Source: Camelus ferus
Lineage: Eukaryota
Direction: 5' to 3'
NCBI RefSeq assembly: GCF_009834535.1
Contig: NC_045697.1
Coordinates: 97,218,001-97,282,000, forward strand
DNA length: 64,000 bases
Position numbers and translations under genes: made by a program. Positions 1-11,934 of this stretch are shown here, one piece after another; position 1 is the stretch's first letter; the number at the start of each line of letters is the position of its first letter. A model generated the notes under the pieces. It saw only the letters and a program-made list of their open reading frames with translations. It searched no databases and had not been told where the DNA came from.

Positions 1-524
1 GGAAACAACCTAAATGTCCATTGACAGATGACTGGATAAACAAGCTGTGGTACATTTATACAATGGAATACTACTCAGCCATAAAAAATAATACAATAAT
101 GCCATTTGCAGCAATATGGTTGGACCTGGAGAATGTCATTCTAAGCGAAGTAAGCCAGAAAGATATGATATCACTTATATGTGGAATCTAAGAAAAAGAT
201 AAACAAACTTATTTACAAAACAGAAACAGACTCACAGACATAGAGAACAAATTTATGGTTACCAGTGGGACAAGGGGGTGGGAAGGAATAAATTGGGAGT
301 TTGAGATTTGCAGATAACCAACTACTATATATAAAATAAACAAGTTTATACTGTATAGCGCAGGAAACTATATTCAATATCTTGTAGTAACATGGTGAAA
401 ATGAATATGAAAATGAATATATGTATGTTCCTGTATGACTGAAGTATTGTGCTGTACACCAGAAATTGACACAACACTGTAAACTGACTATACTTTAATA
501 AAAATACATAAAAAAGGAAAAAAA
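1..524 (+). mobile_element. LINE-1 3' end (ORF2 C-terminus, 3'UTR, A-rich tail), cetartiodactyl-type; runs off the window start
   Basis: Begins with the L1 ORF2 terminal motif (aaacaacctaaatgtcca...tggaatactactcagccataaaa) and ends aataaaaatac plus an A-rich tail. Highly similar to the copies at 4.3, 11.1 and 63 kb. Confidence 0.95.
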
Positions 525-529
525 GTATA

Positions 530-1520
530 TCTCTTTGTCCTTAATTTTCACTAGTGTTACTATAATGTCTATGTATAGATTTTTTTTATTTGTCCTGATA
601 TGATTTTGTGTCTTTCTTTACAATTGGGAAATTCTGAACCATTATATTTTCAGTTATTGTTTCTTCATTCTACCTTTCCTCTATATGAGGTTACATACAT
701 AGTAGATCATGTCACTGATTCTCCTGTTTCTTACTTGCTATTCTGTTTTATTCATTATTTTTTTCTATGCTTTTTTCTGAATATCTTGTTGTGATGTAAC
801 TTTCAATTCACTAATTCTTACTTCATCTGTTTCTCATTTACTGTTAAATGCTCATTTCATTTCAATATATTATTTTAGTTTTATTTCAAATATTTTAATC
901 AATCTTCCATGTCATTTTTTGTGTTTTCCATTTTTTGATAAATTCTTAATCTTATTTTTTATGCCCTTGAAGAATAGAAGCTTACTTATTTAAAAATCGG
1001 ATAGAAAACTCTAATATCTCAGGCCTCTGGTTTTAATTACTGTTGTTTTTGCTGGTTCTCCTCATATTTTCTTCCTTTTTTTTTACTGTATCTGGCTGTT
1101 TTGTATAGTGTGCCAGGATTTCTATTTGAAAGTTTGTTAAAATATTTCAGGGCTAGGATAATTCCATCTTCCTCCAGAAAAGATTGCTTTTGCTGATATT
1201 TGAGTAGTAGAAATCTTGGATCACCCTTCTTCAATTTTAAGGTAAAGATTCTAACCATCTCAAACCAAAGTATAAAGAATTTCCATACCAATCTTCTCCC
1301 TTCCCCTGCTTGGTATGCCCTAATCTTCAACTTGGTCAATTTAAGCCTGAGATGCTTCCAGAATTGCCACTTAGTCTTTCAGCTTCTTGTCTGTTTCTTC
1401 TGGTGTCAGCTAATACGTCCAGGTGAAAGTGCCTCCAGATAAATTGTTGTATCTAATTTCTCTAGATTATTTCTTTTCCATGATTTTCATCAGATAATTC
1501 CTCTTTTGTTTATTGGATCC
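530..1520 (-). mobile_element. Old, degraded L1 (L1M-type) 5'/ORF1-region fragment
   Basis: T-rich plus strand with motifs typical of antisense old L1 (ttcaattcactaattcttacttcatctgtttctcatttactgttaaat). Boundaries approximate. Confidence 0.6.
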
Positions 1521-2564
1521 CCAGTGCTTTGAAGAAAAATAAAAAACATAAATATTTTCAAGATTTTCTGTTTACCTAATGAGAAACACTGACTTAGATT
1601 TATAAGACCACCATTAATGGAAGTAAAGAAACTCCACTCTGGTCTTTTTTTTTTTTTTTTCTGGTTGTTGGGGGGGGGTGTCATTAACAACAATAAAAAA
1701 AAATCCGTCCTCACTGAAATGATCTGTTCTTCCTAGTGGAATATTAAATTTCTTAAAAACTAAAACATTCTCCAGGTAAACTTACCTTTTTAAAAAAAAT
1801 AATCAATGCTAAACTTAATAGAAGAGCAGTATTTACTCATAATCATCACTTTCCTATGAAACATTTACTTTCTCAACTGTTATGATACTGGTTTTGATCT
1901 ATATACATTCAATGAGTACCTAACATTTACCCACTCTACAAAAAATTGATCTCTGGTAGATAACTGAATTTCTTCACCTAATTGGTAATTCAAAACCCAT
2001 TAAAAACATGAAGTTCCAGTAAAACTTGCTCATTCTTACATTTTGATTTATCTATAGTCGTGACCCTTTGGGTAACTCTTTTGAATTTAATTTGAAGTAT
2101 CTGAGTAATTATCCTTTGTTTAATCTTCTTACTTCCTTAATTCCTTTTCTCTTGCTGTGTTTTCTAAAGCTTTATTTATGGCCCCATTATGTGTTTTCCC
2201 TTGTAGTTTTGAAGTACAAAATTAATACTAGTTGATTTTGGAAGAAGTCTGATTCCCCCCAAAATGCCCTGCAGAACATTGTTTTTTAGAAAAATGCCTG
2301 CATAGCACTCTTTAGCTAGGCCTCTCTAACATGAGCCATTTGTTTACATTTGTTTTCTGCAATAATCAAGACTTTTGAGTGTTCTGTTGTAATGGAGAAA
2401 AAAAAAACCCTTTAGATCCCTTTTTGGAGGTGACAGTTACTTTCTGATTGGATTCTAAGCTGAAAATAAATTTGTCACATTTTCTTTATTACCTCCTTCC
2501 AGAAAGAGAAGAAAACAGCCTAAGTACCATTATTAGTCATTTAATGCTCAGTACTATATAGATC

Positions 2565-3167
2565 TGAAGTGGGAGGAAAAGGGGGCAGGGCACAACTATT
2601 GAAGGAATGACACAGCAATTGAGGATGGGACAAACTGATTAGAACCAAGATGGTGGAATATTCGACTTCCAGTAGACCTTGAGCCTCAATGGCGCACCCA
2701 CAGTGCCATGACAGTTCCCTGGCTGACCATAAAAGTTCAAAGTATGGGCGGGGGGGTTGTTTTCTGGAAATCTTGGCCCCTTCCCCAAAGTAGTTGGAAT
2801 AATCCTCCTACTCATTAGTATATGAAATTACCAAGCCCATAAAACCTAACAGCTCTACACCTCGTGGTTGCTGTTGCTGTCACTCTCTCTCTTGCTTTCT
2901 GAGATGGCCTGCACTCTGTCTGTGGAGTGTGTATCTACTTTTACTTTAAACACGCCACACCTCTCAGCTCCTCTCCCTCTTACCTTTCTGAGATGGCCCA
3001 CATTCTGCCTATGGAGCGTGCATCTCCTAAGCCATTTTCCCTTCTGAGTGAGACAGACCGCACTCTGTCAATGGGGTGTGTATCTCTAAATAAACATGCT
3101 TTCACTTTACTTTGCCTTACTCTTGAATTCTTTCCTGTGTTAGGCAAGAACCTAATCTCCCACAACA
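2565..3167 (+). mobile_element. Solo ERV1-class LTR, MER41-like
   Basis: TG...CA termini with a perfect 4-bp TSD GATC (2561-2564 and 3168-3171). AATAAA near 3089. The 3' end (ctcttgaattctttcctgtgttaggcaagaacc) and the internal motif gtgccatgacagtt resemble MER41-family LTRs. Confidence 0.85.
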
Positions 3168-3199
3168 GATCTATGATTTCCAGATCTAACTGATTCTTA

Positions 3200-3365
3200 G
3201 AATATTTTTTTAAGAATACAGAACCCCATGATACAACCTACGCTTATTGAATCAGAACTCCTGAGGATAGAACCTAGCAACTTTCTGTTGTCATTTGATT
3301 TGTTTGCCCTTTGACCTCATTTGAAAATTGTGATAATCAGCCAGGACTGGGATCTGCTGCAATAG
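3200..3365. mobile_element. MER5-like hAT DNA transposon remnant
   Basis: Motif tattgaatcagaactcctgagg and terminus cagccaggactgggatctgctg resemble MER5. Degraded. Confidence 0.5.
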
Positions 3366-4084
3366 ATTGCTTATACCTCTCAAATAAAATCTACCCAAAA
3401 CACTTACCACTTTAGTTTTTACTTATCACTTGTCACATCCTGATATGTCTATTTAAATCCATGTCTTTACTAATTATTTTACAATTCCTAACCACCTAGG
3501 AACGAAATACCAGACCTATAATTGACTTTTTTTCTCCTCTTTCATCATTGACTTTTTCTTTCCTGTTTTTGCCTCTCCAATTTTTATCCAGTCTCCAAAA
3601 CTTATTGATTTTATTTCTACAATATTTCTCTCATCTGTTTTCTCGTCTACATTTCCAGTGTAACTACTCTTATTCAACTCCCATTTCTCTTGCTAAGACT
3701 TTTTAAAAAGCCTGTTCTCCCTGACTCGAAGATCAACACCACATAATCCTTCCTACCTCCTAATCTCAAAAACCATAGCTTGACCTCAGCGTGACTTTTT
3801 CAAATATTTTAATAGCTTTTCATTTTCTACAATGTAAAGTGATTATTCATAGGCTGGCATTCAATACCTATTACTACCTGGTCACTATATGTACCATTTT
3901 AACTTTGTCTCTGTTTTTCTCCTTTATGAATCTATGTGTTTGTCTATCTATTCCCCCAAACCTACTATGTACTTTTTAGCTTTTATGTATTTGCTTTCAT
4001 GTGATTTGGTATCCTTTTCATCTGATTTGGCCTTCTTTCTTCTAATATTAGTTCTAGTATTATTGTTCTATATTATTTATATGT

Positions 4085-4300
4085 TTTAATTAAAACTTTA
4101 TTGTGGTATAATTGACATAAAATAAATTGTACATGTATAAATCATGCATTTATAAGTTTTGACCTATGCATATACTCATTAAACCATCACCATCACTTCC
4201 AAAGTTTAAGTCAGTCCTCTTTCTCTTACTCCCCTGTCTCCCCTCCCATATTTATGATATATAACTAAAATGATACAGTGTATACTCCTTTTTGTCTAGA
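4085..4300 (-). mobile_element. Old L1 (L1MB/MC-type) 3' end fragment
   Basis: aactttattgtggtataattgacataaaataaattgtaca is the typical antisense 3' end of older L1s. Confidence 0.7.
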
Positions 4301-4305
4301 TTTTC

Positions 4306-4970
4306 TTTTTTTTATTGAAGTATAGTCAGTTTACAATGTTATTTAATATCTGGTGTACAGCATAGTGATTCGATTATACATATGTAAATATTTTGTATTC
4401 TTTTCCATTATTGGCTACTGCAATATATTGAATATAGTTCCCTGTGCTATACAGTAAGACCTTGTTTATTTTATATATAGTAGTTAGTATCTGCAAATCC
4501 CAAACTCCCAATTTATCCCTTCACCCCCTTCTTTGCCCCCTGGTAACCGTAAGTTTGTTTTCTATATCTGTGAGTCTGTTTCTGTTTGTAAATAAGTTAA
4601 TTTGTGTCACTTTTTTTAGATTCCACATAAAAGTGATATTGTATGATATCTGTCTTTCTCTTTCTGGCTTACTGCACTTAGTATGACAATCTCCAGATCC
4701 ATCCATGTTGCTGCAAATGGCATCATTTTATTCTTTTTTATGGCTGAGTGGTATTCCATTATAGATATATACCACAACTTCTTTATCCAGTCATCTGTCA
4801 ATGGACATTTAGGTTGCTTCCACATCTTGGCTATTATAAATAGAGCTGCTATGAACATTGGGGTGCATGTATCTTTTCAAATTAGAGTTTCCTCTGGATG
4901 TATACCCAGGAGTAGGATTGCTAGATCATATGGTAAGTCTATTTTTAATTTTTAAAAGAATCTCCATACA
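4306..4970 (-). mobile_element. LINE-1 3' end, 5'-truncated
   Basis: Poly-T followed by tattgaagtatagtcagtttacaatg. ORF 4616-4858(-) MFIAALFIIAKMWKQPKCP...WIKKLWYI matches the L1 ORF2 C-terminus. Confidence 0.95.
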
Positions 4971-6659
4971 GTATTTCAAACTAAAGTTCAAATGTCATCT
5001 TCTTTTTAAAATTTTATTTTATTTCACATGATTACAGTGATCCACTTGTCTTCACAATCTTATTTCTTATATTATAGATATTTTGCATGTAATTTTTCTG
5101 CCTTCATTATTTGGAAGCTCACTGAAAGTTGAAACTGTGAATTATTCAGCTTTCTTTGCTCTAGAATGCCTGGCACAATGCCATGCCCACAATGAGGGCC
5201 CAGTAATTTATGGAATAAATTGGTGGGTGCATGAATAGAAATGGCTACACTGAGAATCATAAAACAGCAGTAAAATGACTATCCAGGCATCACTAAAATT
5301 TGCTTACAAGATTCTAATGGGAGAAATTGAGAGTAATAGAGCAACAAACATATTAATATTATCTAAGAATTATTTCACTTTGATGAGATAAATAAGTGAT
5401 TACCTCTGCCTGAACATATCATGACAGAGTATATAGAAAACTCTACTTAGTGATTATTTAAAATAAGCTTATTTCTATTGTAATATTTAGTTGAATGAAT
5501 TCCAAATATAAAATATTACATAGACCTGGGCAAGATATTTTTTGTTTCTGTTTTTAAATAATTCTTATCTGGAAAAAAATAACTATTTTTAAGTCTAGGT
5601 AGTAAATATTTATATACATTTCTGAAAGCAAATTACCCAGTACATTTGTGACAGTTTCAGGCAAAAATAGGCACTTATCTCTGCATTCATTATATAGACC
5701 ACCAGTAATTCACGCTTCAAAGTAGTTGTCATTTACTGAGGAAAAACTTCCCTGTTATGGAGTTTGCTGTTACCTATCTTAGACTATGCTATGCCTTTGT
5801 CTTTTAGAGGTGGTAATATATGCTATTTAAATACAAAAGAAAATTTGGTCTGCATATCATCAAAATATGAATACTTTATATTTATCAGCTGAGAGTAATT
5901 ATTATACAAGTGTTCTGCATTAGACCTTCAGATAATAGGATATCTCTTCTAAAAAATGCAATTCATTGTTTATGGTTTAGAATTTAAGGACATATTTTTG
6001 AATATTAGTTTAAGTAAATAAATGACCTCTGAGGGTGTTAATAGAATTCCTGTTCAAGTAACTTGAAGCAGATGATGAAAATCTTAAATTTTATCCTTGT
6101 TTCATTCCTTTCTGCTCATGCCTCTCTTACTAGACTCTTTCCTTGCTTTATAACTCTCCTTACTGTCATTCCTCCTCAGGATGCCAGAAACTGCTAATGG
6201 ACTATGCTTATTCTTTTTTGATCCCTAGATGTTGTTTTTTCCCTTGGTGTTGTTAGTTTATTCATTTGGTTTTGAAGCTATTATAATAGCCTTTAAAAGA
6301 AAAGCACTATTGATTGCTGTGAAAGGTCTGGCTTCTTCATCATGCTGTTAGTTAGTCCCCTCCATGTCACAAAATAAACTCACTCTGTGTGTCCTTTTTC
6401 TCCCTCCATTTAACAATGTTCCCAAAACTATAAAAAGAAGACATGTAATAAAGGCATCAGTCCTTAGGGAAAAAAAAATAGAGTGTTGTGCTTTTATTTG
6501 TTGTTCTCTCTGACATTCTACCTGCACGATATGCAATTACCTAGCATGCACTACATGATTTTATAGGGTGATAGTTTTCATGTGCCTAGGAGCAAGTAAG
6601 AATTTAATCCACTGAAACTGGAAGAATAGGTAATTTTATTCATTTTTCTGTAGGAGTCA

Positions 6660-7110
6660 AGAGCTAGAGATTTTTTTGTTTACAGGAGATAAAAATCTAT
6701 CCTCAAAATAGATTAAATGCTATAAAAGGAAGTTAGTGGACTATATAGTGAAACTCTAGGGTAGTCATGGCTTTAAGCAAGGTTGGATCCCAAGACACAA
6801 AGGATACCATTAGGATTCTAGCTTCTTCCATACTCTCTTTCTATGACTAGGCTTCCTTCAGAAATGTAGTTGTAGCTCACATCCTCTTTATGATTTGTGA
6901 TCTTAGAAAACATTGCGGATATTTTCTGATAGTACCGGTAACCCAGGTGCAACTCTGACTGGCTCAGCAAAGGGAGCTAAGTCCCATGTTGACAGAATGG
7001 ACAACATGATTGGCAGATTTACCAAATGGGAGAGGATGGTTCCAAGAATAAAATCATTCAGGAATGACAACATGCATCTAATATTAACTATAGGTAGGTA
7101 CCAATCAGCA
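6660..7110 (-). mobile_element. Old MaLR LTR (MLT1-type) remnant
   Basis: Antisense MLT1-like motifs (ggctttaagcaaggttggatcccaagacacaaa; actctgactggctcagc; gggagaggatggttcc). Confidence 0.5.
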
Positions 7111-7969
7111 ACTTTAAAGGTGTAATAATAGCTACACATCTGAGGAATGAGTCACCAAAAATGGACCACCTGCTAACATACTCTAAATACTCTAAAATAG
7201 AACAAAAGCCTTATTGGAAAGACTAAAGATATTGATAATTAAATTTTACCCATAAGTGCTAATTTCTTTTCTTCAAGATGAAGCATCAACTTCCTTGCAT
7301 AATAAGTCTATTTGACCAGGATATAGTTCACATTCTTTTCTTCTAATATTCCCCTCTCATTTGAGATACGACAGTCTTCACCTGTGTTTACTCTTGCATC
7401 TATAGTAATAGCTAACTAGAGGGACTTTATATATCTTTCCCATCTACCTTAACTAATCTATCACTATCCTATCTTTTAAATATGTCTTGACATTATCACC
7501 ACCCTCCTTGTAATGACACTAATTAAGACTGTCATTATAGAGTATCTCTGTTATTGAAAATATCTCAAAAGCATTCTCAATGCCTTCATAGTTTCCCTTC
7601 TTACATTTGGTCACAAGGGTGGGGTACTAAAAAGCATATCTAAAGCATATCTAATCAAGATAATGGCCTACCTTAAGTCCATAGATGGATAGATGTCTTC
7701 CTTTAACTCCATTGCAATAACTTTCCTGACCTATTGTCATCACACTCCAATGATAGAGAAGTACTTGTATTTCCCTCAATATGCTATGGTATTAGGTGGC
7801 TCCATGCAGTGATTGCCCCAATGCAAACATAGGTAGGTAACACCTCTGCCTTCAGTTCTACTTTCGCATAAGTATTTCTATCACAGCATTTACACAGAGT
7901 AACTTATCTGTCTACATTCCTCACTTTCATTACCTATATTAGGCTTTATTTCTTGTAGGTGTAATCTAT

Positions 7970-8138
7970 GTCCTTGCTACTCAAAGTTGCATTCTATGGA
8001 CCAGGAACATTGGGTTCAACCTAGGAGCTGTTTAGAAATGAAGAACTGTGTGCCTCATCACAGGCTTAGTGAATCAGAATATGGACTTTAACAAAATTTC
8101 AGGTGATTCAAATGCACTTTAAATTTTGAGAAACACTG
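7970..8138. mobile_element. MER5A-type hAT DNA transposon
   Basis: gctactcaaag...ggagctgtttagaaatg...gaatcagaat...ttaacaaaatttcaggtgattc...tttgagaaacactg follows the MER5A layout. Confidence 0.8.
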
Positions 8139-8559
8139 ATTTTTGACATATTCCTTATGTTTTAATGGCACATGTCTACCAAATAGGTACTTATACTTGA
8201 TATATAGTAAATGATTTACCTATTTTATATTTAATTGCATTGAAAGAAGTTTATTTGCATCATGATATTTTTTGAGCCTCAGTAAAAAAAAAAAAAAAAA
8301 AAAATGCACTCTTCCTTGAGTGCTGAGCCTCCTAAGAAAATAAAGATCCTGTTATTATGTCATTGTCTCACTATGGCTTTGATATTTGGCTACATCTCTT
8401 CTTCAAATCTCAGAAAATTTCTCTCTGTTTCCTCTAAGCTCACCAGTTAACCCTGAAAGAGAAAGTAGTGGTGAGGAAATATATTAATAAGAATTCAAGC
8501 TGAGGTGCAGCCTGTTGCAGGAGATTGATTGCATTATTGGCCTTCAGTTTTACAGCATT

Positions 8560-8965
8560 TGGTCCTGGCCTCCCATACTGACTCTGAGCTTGAGCACTGT
8601 GATTGCTTTAGCTAATGGAACAGGGACACACTTGATGTGAGCAGAGCTTGTGCACTTCCATTTCCTTCCTCTTGCTTTTTGCCTCCATTATTAGGACAAG
8701 GAACAGAGCCCAGCAGGCATAGTTGTACCAGTAGAGGCCTAGACATTACAAAAGGCTCAGCCAAGATCAGAAAAGCCAACTTGTAGCTGATGAACAGCTG
8801 ACTACAGACAGGAGTGATCCCATGATCCCAGTTTAGCTCAGCAGAACTGTCCAGCTGATACACAGAACCATGAACAAAAATATTTATCATAACATTGTTG
8901 CATGTCACAGAGGTTTTGTGGTTGTTTGTTTTGCACCATTACTGGGGCAATAGATAACTGCTACA
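8560..8965 (+). mobile_element. MaLR LTR (MLT1H/J-like)
   Basis: tgtgattgctttagctaatggaa at the 5' side and the canonical MLT1 3' end gttttgtggttgtttgt...gcaatagataactgctaca. Confidence 0.75.
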
Positions 8966-9280
8966 GCAATAGAGAGCAGTTCAAGTCCACTCAGTTTCCG
9001 CTGTAACTCATTCATAACTTGAATAATTTTATAGTTCTTAAACTTAAAAATGAACAGAAAGTGTTTTCTATACTTAAATACTTTAGATATCAGAAATCTT
9101 AATAATAGGAATAAAAAGGTAGTTTACAAATACAATCAAACTGCTCTCAAAAGGCTTTGAATCTCTGTAGGAACTGGGTTAAGCATTTTTATTTTCTTCT
9201 AGTTATACAGTCCCTACCTCTGGGTTCAGACGTTCAAATAAGACTGTTTACCTAACTATTATGTAAGAGTTGCTGAAAAG

Positions 9281-9330
9281 TACACACACACACATATATA
9301 TATATATGTGTGTGTGTATATATATATATA
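9281..9330. repeat. Compound (CA)n(TA)n(TG)n(TA)n microsatellite
   Basis: Read directly from the sequence. Confidence 0.95.
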
Positions 9331-11139
9331 AACATAGATATAGCAAGAAATGTGTTAAACTAGGAAATGAGGCAGTTGTATGACTAGATACTTCTAAGAA
9401 AGAAAGGACAGGAGGAAGTTTTGCTATTTAAACATCTTTCTTGTTGGGGTCTCATGATTCTTAACTGGGAAATCTATTCTTTGGATTATTCTTTTCCTAA
9501 TCAATCCTTTATCTTTCAGATGGTTTGAATTATAATTACTAAAGAAAAATCAAAGATTTTTATGAAATCTAGTAACAGTACTTGTTTCTTAATCATGCCA
9601 GGCAACAAATAGCTGAAGTATTTACACAGTAATGATGGTACAATGAAAATTACTTTCAAATAAAATTATGAACTAATTCAGTCAAAGCATTTCAGTCAGC
9701 GGTTGGCCAAGGCCTGGAGATGGAAGGAGTGCAGTGGAGGCAGCAGCTGGGAGTGATCAGCTAACACTCACAGCAGCTGTGGAATGAGTTTATCACCAGT
9801 GAAGGTGATCTGGGCAGATCTGGGGGTTTCAATTTTCCTGATGATAAAACTGAATTTTTATTCCTGAGTATTTTCCCACTCATTCTTCTTTTATGCAGTA
9901 ATATATTCCTTGTTCTTGATGTTTTGCCTGCTTGTGATTCTTTTCCCTAGATATAAACCAAAGTATCATTCTTTGCCATCCACACTGCCTAGCTGAGATG
10001 CCATAAGAAGGAACTAAATGAGTCTCTGATTTTCAAGTAAAATTCTACCACAGTGCCTAGGAATGATTGGTGATTTTTCTTCTATCATATTCTTAAGCCA
10101 TTCTAATTATACAGTAGATTTTATCAGTTTCAGCTTGGTCTGAGTCTATTATTTACTCCAAATTTTTCTAAAATTACATTATAGCAACTATAATCTAATC
10201 AGTGAAGAGTGGAGGATAATTTTCTTCCTTAAACTAATGAAAGTTAAGTAAATTTTATTAATGTCGCTTATATATTTTTAATTATAGAACTACAAAATAA
10301 GTCCATTTATCTTTTAGATATTTTAATAGCCACTTTTGTAAAATACAACAATTGTTTTGTTTTTCTTTAATTGAATCTTCTAGTACATCTGCAATAATAA
10401 TTCAATGAAGAAATGTAAAAATACTTTTCACGTTTTTTGTTTGCTCTACATCCCTATAAGCTAAATATATGCTGCAAGAAACTTGCTAATATTGCAGAAG
10501 AACAACATAAAGTGGAGGTTGATTTACTTTCTCCCTTAAATGTGGTAACTATTTACTAAAGACTATGGGTCTTATGTGTAAGAGATTAGAGTTTTAAGAT
10601 TACATTAAGCAAAATCTAAAAGAAGCATAGTACTTACTAATGACAGTGACACCAATTATAGAATATTACCTATTATAACTATATGAAGTTATTACTTATA
10701 AATTAACCCATTTTCATTTCAAATCATATAGGCATGTTATTAAGAGATGTATTATTAGAACTGTATAGAATTAAGTATTTCAGAAATGTTGTTTTGTGTC
10801 AATACAATGGTTTACTTCTATTGTCCAATTTTGAGAAAATTTCTAAAAGAAACAATATTTTATTTGCTATTTTTAGAAATTGAATACCCTTGACTGCTTT
10901 ATCACGTAATATCCACTTATATAATGTTCATCTAGTGTTTAGAAATCCCTAATATTCCTCCTACTTTAATAACTGAGGAAAACCAATACATTCCTTAGCC
11001 TACCCACAGAAGTTACCGAGAGTCATAGACAGACCAATAGTCTAACAGCATGAAAGTGACAGAATTCTCACCCAGTCGATTGCTCTGACTCTACTCAAGA
11101 ATTGACCTATTTCATTATAAATTGTAAAATGCTGTATCA

Positions 11140-11934
11140 CACCAATCAGAATGGCCATCATTAAAAAGTCCACAAAAGATATATACTGGACAGGGTGTGG
11201 AGAAAAGGGAACCCTTCTACACTGTTGGTGGAAATGTAATTTGGTGCAGCCACTATGGAAAACAGTATGGAGATTTCTTATAAAAAGTAAAAATAGAGTT
11301 ACCTTATAATCCAGCATTCCCATTCCTGGGCATGTATCTGGAGAAAACCCTAATTTGAAAAAACATATGCACTCCAGTGTTATTTACAATAGCCAAGACA
11401 TGGAAACAACCTAAATGTCCATCGATAGATGATTGGATAAAGAAGTTGTGGTATATATCCACAATTGAATACTACTCAGCCATAAAGAAATATAAAATAA
11501 TGTAATTTGCAGCAACATGGATGAACCTGAACATTGTCCTACTAAGTGAGGTCAAGTCAGACAGAGAAATGAAAATATGATATCACTTAAATGTGGAATT
11601 TTTTTTTAATAACACAAATGAACTTATTTACAAAACAGAAATGGACTCAGAGATTGAAAACAAACTTGTGGTTACCAAAGGGGAAAGGTGGCGGAGAGGG
11701 GCAGGATAAATTAGGAGTTTGGGATTATCAGATACAAACTACTATATATAAAATAGATAAACAACAAGGACCTACTGTGTAGCATTATACAATATCTTGT
11801 AATGTTCAGTATCCTGTAATAGCCTATAATGGAAAATAATATGGAAAAGTATACATATATATATTCAACTAAATCACTGTGTTGTACACCAGAAGCTAAC
11901 ACAACATTGTAAATCAACTATACTTCAATTTAGA
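11140..11934 (+). mobile_element. LINE-1 3' end, 5'-truncated, with TSD
   Basis: ORF2 C-terminal region plus 3'UTR. 14-bp TSD aaaatgctgtatca (11126-11139) and aaaatgctatatca (11935-11948), one mismatch. Confidence 0.95.

Larger units (their letters stand above)
3430..5240 (+). mobile_element. L2 LINE remnant interrupted by L1 insertions at ~4080-4970
   Basis: Pyrimidine-rich L2-like body at 3430-4030 and an L2 3'-end motif (ctagaatgcctggcaca...atgaatagaa) at ~5150-5240. Confidence 0.55.
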
